From Gammaproteobacteria bacterium (lineage in GTDB: Bacteria; Pseudomonadota; Gammaproteobacteria; Steroidobacterales; Steroidobacteraceae), in NCBI GenBank assembly GCA_003134045.1, contig PLAH01000125.1:31828-95827 (forward strand): a stretch of 64,000 nucleotides of DNA, written 5' to 3'. The translations under genes were made by a program, and so were the position numbers. Shown in pieces: positions 37,190 to 46,608 of this stretch. The notes under the pieces are model-generated. The model saw only the letters and a list, made by a program, of their open reading frames with translations, made no database searches and was not told the origin of the DNA. Numbering within the stretch: position 1 is the stretch's first letter; each line of letters begins with the position of its first letter.

Positions 37190-37368
37190 CGGTCCGTCTT
37201 CGGAACCGCAGCGCTCGCAACGGCCTCGCGCAGGACGGCCAATGCCGCGCCATGATCGTTGGGCGGCCCGAATACGCCGCGTCCCGCGAGTTGCATCGCA
37301 CCGTAGCCAATACGTTTTACGATGCGGTTGCCGAGCTTAAAGGTGGCGGATTTATCGATGCTAGTCAT
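37190..37368 (-). pseudogene. Aldo/keto reductase N-terminal remnant (about 55 codons)
   Basis: The first part of track ORF 36769..37368(-) reads MTSIDKSATFKLGNRIVKRIGYGAMQLAGRGVFGPPNDHGAALAVLREAVASA. This is the typical AKR N-terminus (xRxGYGAMQLxGxGVFGPP...ALAVLREAV). Similarity stops near 37200, and the ~280 remaining codons of an AKR are missing. Confidence 0.6.
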
Positions 37369-37496
37369 GGCCTAAAATCCTCTGGGTCTCGTGTGAAGCC
37401 ATCATAACCATGGGTGAATCCTGCAATTCGCTTAGCAGCCGGACATAGGACGCCGATACAGTGCTCAGAGAGTGTCAAACATCCTGGATTGGCACT

Positions 37497-39026
37497 TCAG
37501 GGCGTGGATGGGCTCAACACACGCCGAAAAGCGGCTATGATCGCCGGTTGTGGACGCTGAATGGCCGGAACATCCTGATAGTTCTGCCAACCACCACCGA
37601 GGCTCTTGTAGAGCTGCACGAATTGCTCGCCTTGGCTCACTTGCGCCTCCGCGTATTGTTCCTGTAGAGCATAGAACTCGCGTTCCGCGTCGACGACATT
37701 GAGAAAATCGGTGAGGCCGCGGTTGTAGCGCGCATTGGCCAAATCGACGGCACGCTGGCCAGCCGTCATGGCGGTCGTCAGCTTATCCATGCGATCCCGC
37801 TGCGCCTGGTATGCATCCAGCGAGGTATCCACCTCTTGAACCGCATTCAGAATCGTCTTTCGGTAGTTGACCAAGCTGATCTGCGTCGCGATGTCGGCTA
37901 CATTGATTCGGGCATCGAGCGCGCCAAAATCCAACAGCGGCCATATGGCCCCAGCGCCGAACGAATAGATGTGTTTGCCAATGTCCGGCGCACTTCCCCA
38001 ATTTTGCCCTTGGCTGCCGAGGGAGCCGCTGATGGTAACATCGGGAAATAGATTCGCGGTCGCAACTCCAATGCGCGCGGTGGCAGCGGCCAATTCTCGC
38101 TCGGCTTGCTGTATGTCGGGTCGACGTTTGAGGAGATCGAGCGGCGCACCCGGTGCGGTCGGCGCCGGCATGGAAGGAATGAGGTCCGGCTTCGCGAGTT
38201 CGTCAATCATGGATTCGGGATACTCGCCGAGCAGCGCAGCCAGCGTGTACTGCGCCGCCTTGACCTGCGCCTCCACCGGGGCGATTTCGCCCTCCAGAGT
38301 AGCCAGTTCGCGGGTCGCTAACGCGACATCGAGCTCATTGGTGATTCCCCGATCGTAGCGGATGTTGATGATGCGCAGCGATTCACGCAGGACGTCGCTC
38401 GCGTGATGCAAAATACCGGCGCGGACCTGAAATCCGCGCAAATCCACGTATGCCCTGACAACGTTGCTGATAACCGATGTCAGCACATCGTAGCGGGCAG
38501 CACGCGCCGCCTGCGTATCCGCTCGCACGGCCTGCAACTCCCGGCGATATTTCCCGAATAAGTCGAGTTCCCAGACCGCATCGAATCCGGCCAAAGTGTT
38601 GATGTGCTGTAAACCGCTGCCGGTGTCCGCCGACCGTAAGACTTGGTCAGCTCTCCCTTTGGTCAGATCGCTGCCCGTCCCCCGGGCCGCAGCTGCGCTG
38701 GCATCGACATCCGGCAACATGTAACCCAGAACCACGGTCTCGTAGGTCCTCGCCTGCTGTAACCGGTCGAGTGCAATCCGTATGTCTAAATTGGATGAAA
38801 CGGCCCGCTCGACCAGGGAGTTGAGCTCTTCATCGTTGAGCGATTGCCACCACGTCGCCAGGTCAACCGGCGCGCCCGCTTGCACATTGTTGCCGTCCTG
38901 CGTCGAGGTTACTTGCGCGGTGAAGGCCGCGGGCTCATCCGGTTTGGGTACATGATAGTTAGGACCGGCGGCGCATGCAGCCAATCCTGTAAAGAGACCA
39001 AGAACAATTGCTCGTAGCACTTTCAC
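37497..39026 (-). CDS. RND efflux outer-membrane factor lipoprotein (NodT family)
   Basis: Track ORF 37497..39110 trimmed to GTG at complement 39024-39026, preceded by GGAGG with a 5-nt spacer. VKVLRAIVLGLFTGLAAC lipobox. NodT-like coiled repeats. Confidence 0.85.
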   Translation of the reverse strand: MKVLRAIVLGLFTGLAACAAGPNYHVPKPDEPAAFTAQVTSTQDGNNVQAGAPVDLATWWQSLNDEELNSLVERAVSSNLDIRIALDRLQQARTYETVVLGYMLPDVDASAAAARGTGSDLTKGRADQVLRSADTGSGLQHINTLAGFDAVWELDLFGKYRRELQAVRADTQAARAARYDVLTSVISNVVRAYVDLRGFQVRAGILHHASDVLRESLRIINIRYDRGITNELDVALATRELATLEGEIAPVEAQVKAAQYTLAALLGEYPESMIDELAKPDLIPSMPAPTAPGAPLDLLKRRPDIQQAERELAAATARIGVATANLFPDVTISGSLGSQGQNWGSAPDIGKHIYSFGAGAIWPLLDFGALDARINVADIATQISLVNYRKTILNAVQEVDTSLDAYQAQRDRMDKLTTAMTAGQRAVDLANARYNRGLTDFLNVVDAEREFYALQEQYAEAQVSQGEQFVQLYKSLGGGWQNYQDVPAIQRPQPAIIAAFRRVLSPSTP

Positions 39027-39039
39027 CGTGGCCTCCGAT

Positions 39040-40386
39040 TCAGCGCTTCGCGCCGAGCGGCAGTTTCGATGCGGCTGCTTCGTTGACGGCGACCACCTGG
39101 CCGGACGCAATCTGACTGCTGATGTTCAGTACCAGCCGATCGCCCGGTTTGACCCCTGAGGCGAGTTCCACCAGGCTGCCGTTATCTCGCGCAATCACGA
39201 CATCGTTGAACGCAATCTTCCCCTGCTCATCAACATGTGCCACCTGCGTACCGGACGATCGGAAAATGAGCGCGGCCGCTGGGACTTCGACCAAACCCCG
39301 TGGGGGTAGCTGAAAGGCGACGTCGACATACATTCCCGGGACCAGCTCGTGCTTGGCGTTGGGCATGTCGACTTCTACCCGCATGGTGCGGGCTTGCGGA
39401 TTCAGCGATTCGGCGGAGCGAACGATCTTCCCGTGGAAAGCCCCCCCGACAGCCCCGGTCGCGCGGATCTCGGCAGGCACCCCGGCGTTCATCAACTCAC
39501 CGGAAGCACTCTGAGGGACATCCACAAACACGCGCAGGGGGTCGGTCTGCGCCATGCGGTACAACGGCGTGGTCGTCGAGCCGCTCCCGGCGGTCACTAG
39601 ATTCCCGACATCGATCTTGCGTTCCGTGACCGTTCCATCGAAAGGCGCCTTGACCGACTTGAACTCGCTCAGAGCGCTGTATTGGTCCACCTTGGATTTA
39701 TCCAAGGCCACCTGGGCATTGGCCGCATAGAGTCGGGCCTCCGCACTTTGATAATCCGCCTTCTTCGACTCTCGTTCTTGTTCCGAGACGACGCCCTTCG
39801 GCGAATCGCGCCAACGTTCGTTGGTTGTCTTGCTGAATTGCGCTTCCGCCTCGCGCGCGCTCACCTGCGCCTGCGAGGCCTTCAGCTGCGCTTTGGCCGC
39901 TTGCAATTCGGCATCTACTTCGGGTGTTTCAATTGTGGCTAACACCTGACCCTTGGTCACGTGGTCGCCAATATCGACCATCCATTTCGCCACATAACCA
40001 TTGACGCGCGCATAGATCGTGGCTTCATACCACGCGGCCGTTTCGCCGGGGAGGACGAGATCTTGACCCACGCTCGCTGGCTTGGCCGTCACTACGTCGA
40101 CCGGCGGGGGGGCCGAATAGGCGGCCTCGCCCTCATTTGCGACGCCGCGTGCATGGAAATAACGGATTACGGTGATTGCCAGGAAGAACGTCACTAACAC
40201 AGCCGCCGCAATGACAACACCGCGCTTGGTGCGCCGCCCGGTATCCGGGGAGAAGGTGGTGGATACGGTGTCGTGTTCCGCCCGCGAAATCTGGTCCGGA
40301 AACTTGCCATGGGACTCGCTCTCAGGCGAATGGCTGGGAATGGTGGGATGCTGGGGATCATGCAATTGCATTGGCTCTACCTTCAA
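39040..40386 (-). CDS. RND efflux periplasmic adaptor (HlyD/MFP family)
   Basis: Track ORF 448 aa. N-terminal TM anchor, coiled-coil ELQAAKAQLKASQAQVSAREAEAQ, beta-barrel region. Start 40386 or 40371, both overlapping the pump gene end (40358). Confidence 0.85.
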   Translation of the reverse strand: MKVEPMQLHDPQHPTIPSHSPESESHGKFPDQISRAEHDTVSTTFSPDTGRRTKRGVVIAAAVLVTFFLAITVIRYFHARGVANEGEAAYSAPPPVDVVTAKPASVGQDLVLPGETAAWYEATIYARVNGYVAKWMVDIGDHVTKGQVLATIETPEVDAELQAAKAQLKASQAQVSAREAEAQFSKTTNERWRDSPKGVVSEQERESKKADYQSAEARLYAANAQVALDKSKVDQYSALSEFKSVKAPFDGTVTERKIDVGNLVTAGSGSTTTPLYRMAQTDPLRVFVDVPQSASGELMNAGVPAEIRATGAVGGAFHGKIVRSAESLNPQARTMRVEVDMPNAKHELVPGMYVDVAFQLPPRGLVEVPAAALIFRSSGTQVAHVDEQGKIAFNDVVIARDNGSLVELASGVKPGDRLVLNISSQIASGQVVAVNEAAASKLPLGAKR

Positions 40387-43300
40387 CGTGCGAATCAGTA
40401 ATTACGACCGGTTGACGGCGTAGCAGTCGATACATGGTCGGAACGAATATGAGCGTCGCCAGCGTTGCAAACAGTAGGCCGCCAATCACGGCTCTGCCCA
40501 ACGGGGCATTCTGTTCGCCGCCCTCGCCGATCCCGAGCGCCATCGGCACCATGCCGAGAATCATTGCGCCGGCCGTCATCAGCACCGGCCGAAGGCGCGT
40601 GTAGCCGGCGGTGGTCACGGCCAGCAGCGGGCTGTCGCCGGCGTCCATCCGCTGGTTGGCAAAGCTCACCACCAAAATACTGTTGGCTGTCGTCAAGCCG
40701 ATACACATGAGCGTACCCATCAGCGCCGGCACACTCATTGGTGTCTGCGAGAGGAAGAGCATCCACAGCACGCCGCCCAGCGCAAACGGCACCGCCATCA
40801 GCACAATCAGCGGGTCAATCCAGCTCTGAAAATTCATGACCAGGAACAAATACACGAGAACGATCGCCAGCCCGATGCCCGTAAAGAGCCCCGTGTAGCT
40901 CTCTTGCATGGTCTCGACTTGTCCGCTCAACGTCACTTTCAAAGCCGTCGACGCCGCGGGCTGATGCGCCTTGAGGACCTTCTCGATGTCTCCGGCCGCG
41001 GAATACAAATCGCGTCCTTGGACATCCGCATGAACATCAAAGACGGGCCGGATGTTCAACTGCGAGGTGACCAGCGGCAAGGCTTCGCGGCCGAAGGACG
41101 CCAAATTCAAGAGCAATTGTCCGGAACTCGAACCCCCTGAGGAGGTGACCGGCATGGTTTCCAGATCCTGCGAAGAGCCGATTCGGTAGGTCGGGACCTG
41201 CACGACCAATGCGTAGCTCACGCTGTTGCGCGGATCGACCCAAAAATTGGGGGCCGTCTGGGCGCTAGAGTTGGTCGCTACCAGCACGTTATTGGCCGCC
41301 TCCTGCTGCGTCACGCCGGTCTGGGTCGCCAACGTGCGATCCATATCGACGGTCAGCACCGGCGCGTTGGGAACCTGAAACACGTGCGAATCCACGACGC
41401 CGGCGACTCGTGTGAGGGAGCGCGCTATCTCCGAGGCCAGCGCAAACGCTTTGTCTTGGTCCGGGCCGGAAATGCGAACATCGATGGGTGCTGGCTGGCC
41501 GAAGTTCAAGACCTGGTCCACGATGTCGGCCGGCTGAAAGAAGAATTGAAGTTGGGCGAATTGCGCCGGCAACTCGCGCCGTAGCATGGCCACGATTTTC
41601 GCCGTCGGTGTGTGCTTCTCCGTCAATGAGATTAAAATCTCACCGTCCATGGGACCGACCGTGGCCGAATCGCTCAGCGCGATATTGATGCCGCTGTAAG
41701 GTAGCCCGATATTGTCGAGCATCACGTCGATCTGATCGTTGCCGACCAGCTTGCGGATCTGCGTCTCCACTTCGGCGAAATATTGTTGCGTCCGCTCGAG
41801 ACGTGTGCCGGGAGGCGCCCTGACGTGCAAGCGCATTTGACCGGCGTCCACCTGCGGGAAGAAATCTCGGCCCAGAAACGGGAACAGCGCCGCCGACACC
41901 GCAATGAGGGCCAAGAAGGCAATAACCGTGAGTCGTGCCTCGGAGAGAGCCCATGACAGGACATTTCGATAGTTTTCCCGAAATCGCTCAAACCCGCGTT
42001 CGAAGGCCGCTTGAAAGCGCACGAGCACGTTTTTTGACGGCGCCTCGGGCGGTCCAGGCGTATGCGACGACTTGTCGATGAATTCATGAACCGCGCCACG
42101 CATCAAATGGTTGAACAGGACCGGTACCATCGTGAACGATAGCGCAAGACTGGCCAGGAGTGAGCCGATCACGGACAACGACAACGGGGAGAACAGGTAC
42201 TTGGCCGTACCCTCGAGCAGAAACACCGGTACGAAGACGATACAGATGCACAACGTCGATAAAAATGTCGGTACCGCCACCTCACTCGCACCGACGACGA
42301 TCGCTTGATGCAGCGGCTCGCGCATGCCCACATGCCGCTCGATGTTTTCGATCACCACGGTGCCATTGTCGACGAGAATGCCGATTGCCAGCGCGAAGCC
42401 GCCCAACGTCATGGTGTTGAGCGTCTGACCGAGCAGCTTGATGAATAGAACCGCGGTGATGATGGACAACGGGATTGCCGCGAGAATGATGACGGACAGG
42501 CGAACGTTACCCAAAAACAGAATGATCACGACAGCCGTCAATCCTGCCGCCATGCCGGCGCTCAACAACACACTATGCAACGCGGCACGAACGAATACCG
42601 ATTGGTCGAAGAGCGCTTTGACACTGACCTCTTTGGGCAGCACATTCTTGAGATCCTCGAGCGCTGTCCGCACGCCATCGATGACGGCCAAGGTTGAAAC
42701 GCCGCCCGTCTTTCGGATCGTCATCAGCGCCCCGGGGGTCCCATTGACCGAGACCGAGTTGGTTTGCACTTGGAAGCCGTCGTGGACGTGGGCCACGTCG
42801 CGCATGAACACCGTCCGGCCATCGACCTGTTTGATCGGAAAGGCGTTGATGGTATCGAGAACGTCCGGGGAATTATTCATCGCGAGCATGTAGTCTTTGT
42901 CGCCGATCTTGACGTCGCCGGCCGGTAGAATCACGTTCTGGTGTTGTAATGCGTTGCTTACGTCCGATGCCGACAAGCCACGAGCCTGCAAGGCTTGCAG
43001 GTCCAGATCGGCCATGATGACGCGGGGTTTACCCCCGTATGGATAAGGCACCTCCGCACCGTGCACGACCGCGAGCGCCGGACGGATGATGTTCTGCCCG
43101 AGATCATTTAATTTCGTGTCAGGCAGCGATTTGCTCGACAGGCTCAGCTGGATGATGGGCACATCGGTCGCGCCATAGCGCAGGACCAAGGGAGGCGTGA
43201 TGTTGGGCGGCATGTACTTGAGCACCACCAACGCGCTGCTGGCGAGTTGGGAGATCGCTCGCGTGACATCGGCTCCCTCGTGCAGGTAGATCTTCTCGAC

Positions 43301-43570
43301 GCCCACGCCTTGATAGCTGACGGCCTCGATGCGGGAAATGTCGTCCACCAGAGAGGCTAATTGACGCTGGTGCAGAGTCAAAATCCGATTCTGGATGTCT
43401 TGCGCGCTCATGCCGTTGTAAGTCCACACGACGGCGGCCACCGGAATGTCGATCTCGGGGAAGATATCGATCGGCATGCGCAGCGCAGCGCCTATCCCCA
43501 TCAGCGTCACGAGGATCAGGACGGCAACGACGGTGTAGGGGCGTTTCAGCGCAATTTCAACAACAGACAT
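40358..43570 (-). CDS. RND efflux transporter permease (AcrB/HAE family)
   Basis: Track ORF 1070 aa. 12-TM pattern with two large periplasmic loops. GILVDNGTVVIENIERH motif. Confidence 0.9.
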   Translation of the reverse strand: MSVVEIALKRPYTVVAVLILVTLMGIGAALRMPIDIFPEIDIPVAAVVWTYNGMSAQDIQNRILTLHQRQLASLVDDISRIEAVSYQGVGVEKIYLHEGADVTRAISQLASSALVVLKYMPPNITPPLVLRYGATDVPIIQLSLSSKSLPDTKLNDLGQNIIRPALAVVHGAEVPYPYGGKPRVIMADLDLQALQARGLSASDVSNALQHQNVILPAGDVKIGDKDYMLAMNNSPDVLDTINAFPIKQVDGRTVFMRDVAHVHDGFQVQTNSVSVNGTPGALMTIRKTGGVSTLAVIDGVRTALEDLKNVLPKEVSVKALFDQSVFVRAALHSVLLSAGMAAGLTAVVIILFLGNVRLSVIILAAIPLSIITAVLFIKLLGQTLNTMTLGGFALAIGILVDNGTVVIENIERHVGMREPLHQAIVVGASEVAVPTFLSTLCICIVFVPVFLLEGTAKYLFSPLSLSVIGSLLASLALSFTMVPVLFNHLMRGAVHEFIDKSSHTPGPPEAPSKNVLVRFQAAFERGFERFRENYRNVLSWALSEARLTVIAFLALIAVSAALFPFLGRDFFPQVDAGQMRLHVRAPPGTRLERTQQYFAEVETQIRKLVGNDQIDVMLDNIGLPYSGINIALSDSATVGPMDGEILISLTEKHTPTAKIVAMLRRELPAQFAQLQFFFQPADIVDQVLNFGQPAPIDVRISGPDQDKAFALASEIARSLTRVAGVVDSHVFQVPNAPVLTVDMDRTLATQTGVTQQEAANNVLVATNSSAQTAPNFWVDPRNSVSYALVVQVPTYRIGSSQDLETMPVTSSGGSSSGQLLLNLASFGREALPLVTSQLNIRPVFDVHADVQGRDLYSAAGDIEKVLKAHQPAASTALKVTLSGQVETMQESYTGLFTGIGLAIVLVYLFLVMNFQSWIDPLIVLMAVPFALGGVLWMLFLSQTPMSVPALMGTLMCIGLTTANSILVVSFANQRMDAGDSPLLAVTTAGYTRLRPVLMTAGAMILGMVPMALGIGEGGEQNAPLGRAVIGGLLFATLATLIFVPTMYRLLRRQPVVITDSHVEGRANAIA

Positions 43571-43623
43571 GCAGAATCCTCGCTAGCGACGCTTCACTGT
43601 AGACGGAAGAGATCCAAAGGTCA

Positions 43624-43685
43624 GGGGCCAAAAGTCACCATTTCGGAGTGACTTTCGTCACTAATTGAAAGTGACCAAAGTCACT
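43624..43685. promoter_or_regulatory. Three phased copies (23-bp period) of the palindrome AGTGAC-N4-GTCACT upstream of the RND operon
   Basis: AGTGACTTTCGTCACT 43647-43662. AGTGACCAAAGTCACT 43670-43685. Degenerate copy with only the right half (GGGGCCAAAAGTCACC) at 43624-43639. They lie 77-115 bp upstream of the pump ATG (43570, minus strand). Confidence 0.7.
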
Positions 43686-43749
43686 TTTGCGCATGCTTTT
43701 CAGGCGATCGGGCATTCTAGAGCGAGGGGGGTACGTTCCTCGGGACCGG

Positions 43750-44493
43750 TTACCTGCGGTGAGACGCATGCGTACGAGACAGGATTGCAAGCCCCGTTCG
43801 AGTGTTGGCATGGAGCTTTTCCATGATGCGAGTGACATAGTTCTTGACGGTGCCTTCTGCGAAACAAAGTGCTTCACCAATCTGCCGATTGCTCAACCCT
43901 TCAGCGATCAGTTGCAAAATCCTCTCTTCTTTCTCGTTCAATGCTTCAGCGAACAAAGGTTTGGCTGACGTTTCGCCCATGCTAGAAGTGGTGGACGGCT
44001 CGAGTGAGCCGAGTCGAAACTCGTCGGACCGGGTCACCTGGGTGAGTCGGCGGAATTGATCCATCACTTTGCGGGCGATTTGGGGGGTCAAGTGCGATTC
44101 ACCGCGCCGCAATCCGCGGATGGTATCCAGTAGTTCACTCTCGGCGGCATCTTTGAGCAAATAAGCTTGAGCTCCCGCACGGACTGCTTCGAACACCGTC
44201 TCATCGTCGTTTAAGGTGGTTAAAACCAGGACTTGTGTCTTGGGAAACGCTTGTGTGATCTCGCGTGTCGCAGCGACGCCGCCTTTGATCGGCATGTGCA
44301 AATCCATCAAAATGATGTCCGGCTGCAGGAGTTTAGCCAACTCGACCGCCTCCACTCCATTACATGCCTGACCCACCACTTCCATATCGGGTTCCATGGA
44401 GATCAAAAGCGCCGCGCCTCGTCGTACGAGTGCCTGATCTTCAGCGATCACGATTCGAATCGTCGGTGGATTATTGCCCACGGTGGACGTCAT
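43750..44493 (-). CDS. Orphan NarL/FixJ-family response regulator (REC + LuxR-type HTH)
   Basis: Track ORF 43750..44673 trimmed to MTSTVGNNPPTIRIVIAEDQ (ATG = complement 44491-44493). ILMDLHMP phospho-acceptor region. HTH LSNRQIGEALCFAEGTVKNYVTRIMEKL. No histidine kinase gene in the window. Confidence 0.85.
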   Translation of the reverse strand: MTSTVGNNPPTIRIVIAEDQALVRRGAALLISMEPDMEVVGQACNGVEAVELAKLLQPDIILMDLHMPIKGGVAATREITQAFPKTQVLVLTTLNDDETVFEAVRAGAQAYLLKDAAESELLDTIRGLRRGESHLTPQIARKVMDQFRRLTQVTRSDEFRLGSLEPSTTSSMGETSAKPLFAEALNEKEERILQLIAEGLSNRQIGEALCFAEGTVKNYVTRIMEKLHANTRTGLAILSRTHASHRR

Positions 44494-44721
44494 GGTGCTG
44501 ACCTCTCGAGCTAGAAAATTGCCGCCAGTCCAGAAGTCCATGTGTCCCGACGCATCGAACGGTCCTTTCGGTTGCCATCCGTTCCACACACGGCGCCCAC
44601 CAATGCGGCGGCGCACTGGCGTGCTGTCGGCCGTCTCGATACCTTGTTGGCGCGCACCACGTGAACCCCGCATGTTGAAATTCGCTCAACTCCATACTGC
44701 AACCGCTCCTCTGTCGATGGA

Positions 44722-44737
44722 AGTGACTTTAGTCACT
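44722..44737. promoter_or_regulatory. Single AGTGACTTTAGTCACT palindrome upstream of the response-regulator gene
   Basis: Read directly. 229 bp upstream of the regulator ATG, in the 359-bp spacer between the ClC gene end and the regulator gene. Confidence 0.65.
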
Positions 44738-44852
44738 AGTTCACGCTGACTTCATGAGCTTTGCCGCCAGCAGCAGCGGAATCCAGGGATTGCTTCGAGC
44801 CATCAACCCGCGGCGTAGTCGAGCGGCGCCTGTGGCCCCTCCGGATAACCGG

Positions 44853-46184
44853 TTAGTTCGGGGAGGGTCTTCGCTGCTTCTCCAACGCGTCCATCTCACG
44901 GGGCGTAAAACGGACGTCGTAAATCGACCGCGGATCGAGCGAACGTGCGACAACCGTCGCGGCGACCACGGCGATCAGTAAAGGCAGGACAAACGAGCGA
45001 TCGCGACCGGTCAGTTCCATGACCAAGACGACCGCCGAAATCGGCCCATGGGTCGTCGCCGCCAACACCGCTGCGGCTCCGATCACCGCAAAGAGGCCCG
45101 GCGGGACGCCGGGCCAAAACGAGGTCCATGCCACGCCAAGCACCCCGCCCAAGAGAGCTCCAAGCGCCAATGAGGGGGTAAAAAGTCCGCCGGGAACCCC
45201 GCTGCCCAAGCACGCCACCGTAGACAGAGGTCGCAGCACTAAGAGGGTGACGAGCAGCATCGGCGCGATCCGGTTCGTGAATGCAAGCTGCGCAACGTCT
45301 TTGCCGTTGCCAAGTACCTCGGGGTATTTGATCGAGATCAACCCCACCAGACCTAGCGCAGCTGTGGGTGCGGCCAAGCGCAGCCAACCCGCCGGCTTGT
45401 GACGATCCGCCCACGCCACCAGATGAACGTAGCCAATCGAGACCAGTCCCGCTACCGGGCCCGCGATCAGAGCCCAGCAAATGACGGACGGGGAAGACGC
45501 ATATGCTGGAATCACATATGTGGGTGCATTGGGCAGCAAAATCCACGAGATACCTGCCGCGACAGCGCAGGCTAGGAGCGCCGGCAAGATCAATCGCAAC
45601 GCCAGGATGCCACGCAGCACTTCGAGTGCAAACAGAGCCCCGCCCAACGGTACGCCGTAGGCTGCAGCCATGCCTGCGCCTGCGCCGCAAGCCACCAGGA
45701 GCCGTCGTTGCTCATCCGACAATCGCGCCTGGTCCGATAACGCATTCGCGAGGACCGCGCCCACTTGCTTAGGGGCTCCTTCTCGGCCGAGCGATGCCCC
45801 CATGCCGACCACCAAGATCGAGAGCACCGCGCTGCCAAGGGTTCGCAATGCGGGAAGGCGGCCGGCATGCTCGGATATCGCCTCGGTGATGTCGATCCCG
45901 TTGCCGCTCGTCAAGCGGCGCAGAATGATTTGTCCCGCACCAGTCAACCCCCCCGCACCGATCAAAACCCATACATGGCGGTAGGCGGCAGCACTCGCGG
46001 CCGCATCGAGCAAATCAGGGCCGGGCCACATCCACTGCTGTACTTTCCCCAACAACATCGTGAGAGCCACGGCGGCAAATCCTGCCCCAGCGCCGGTCAA
46101 GACCACTGCAGCCCAGAAGGCGAGCGCACCTTCGCTCATGAGCGTGGCCGGGACTCCGAGCGCTTCCGTGTCCGGCGACTTCAT
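44853..46184 (-). CDS. ClC-family voltage-gated chloride channel / H+-Cl- antiporter
   Basis: Track ORF 443 aa. GREGAPKQ and GVPGGLFTPS selectivity-filter-like motifs, about 10 hydrophobic helices. Confidence 0.85.
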   Translation of the reverse strand: MKSPDTEALGVPATLMSEGALAFWAAVVLTGAGAGFAAVALTMLLGKVQQWMWPGPDLLDAAASAAAYRHVWVLIGAGGLTGAGQIILRRLTSGNGIDITEAISEHAGRLPALRTLGSAVLSILVVGMGASLGREGAPKQVGAVLANALSDQARLSDEQRRLLVACGAGAGMAAAYGVPLGGALFALEVLRGILALRLILPALLACAVAAGISWILLPNAPTYVIPAYASSPSVICWALIAGPVAGLVSIGYVHLVAWADRHKPAGWLRLAAPTAALGLVGLISIKYPEVLGNGKDVAQLAFTNRIAPMLLVTLLVLRPLSTVACLGSGVPGGLFTPSLALGALLGGVLGVAWTSFWPGVPPGLFAVIGAAAVLAATTHGPISAVVLVMELTGRDRSFVLPLLIAVVAATVVARSLDPRSIYDVRFTPREMDALEKQRRPSPN

Positions 46185-46301
46185 TCGCGCAAAAACGGCT
46201 TCCGATGCCTCGTCACGATACCCTCAATGACTCGCGAGATCGCGAACCGAATAACCGCGCTCGGACCAGTCGAAAGACCCGCGATGCTTTCACGCGCATT
46301 G

Positions 46302-46520
46302 CTACCGAGAATCGAGGTCAAGGTCCAAAATTACGTTCCGCACATCATCGACACTTTGCGCGGCTCGCTCCGCTTTAGCTCTGGCCGAGGAGTCATTGAC
46401 ATGCCCCGCCAGCTTCACGACTCCGTGATGCACTTCTATCCCGATGGTTGAACAGTCGAGTCCGTCGATAGCTCGCAATTGCTCCAAGACCTGCCGCTGA
46501 ATCAACAAATCGTTCTGCAC
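46302..46520 (-). CDS. BON-domain protein (72 aa)
   Basis: Track ORF (GTG start). IGIEVHHGVVKLAGHVNDSSARAKAERAAQSVDDVRNV is a typical BON domain. Confidence 0.7.
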   Translation of the reverse strand: MQNDLLIQRQVLEQLRAIDGLDCSTIGIEVHHGVVKLAGHVNDSSARAKAERAAQSVDDVRNVILDLDLDSR

Positions 46521-46608
46521 AGCAAACTCCTTACCGTACCCACCCGACGCAGCTCATTCTTCGACCCGCAAGATAGGCTGATGTTCCTCCTTACCCTGGC
46601 CGCGGGGA

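Noticed and set aside
36769-37368. Full 199-aa track ORF on the minus strand
   Set aside because: Only the first ~55 codons resemble an aldo/keto reductase. The remainder overlaps the plus-strand hypothetical gene and has no AKR similarity, so I call a remnant rather than an intact gene.
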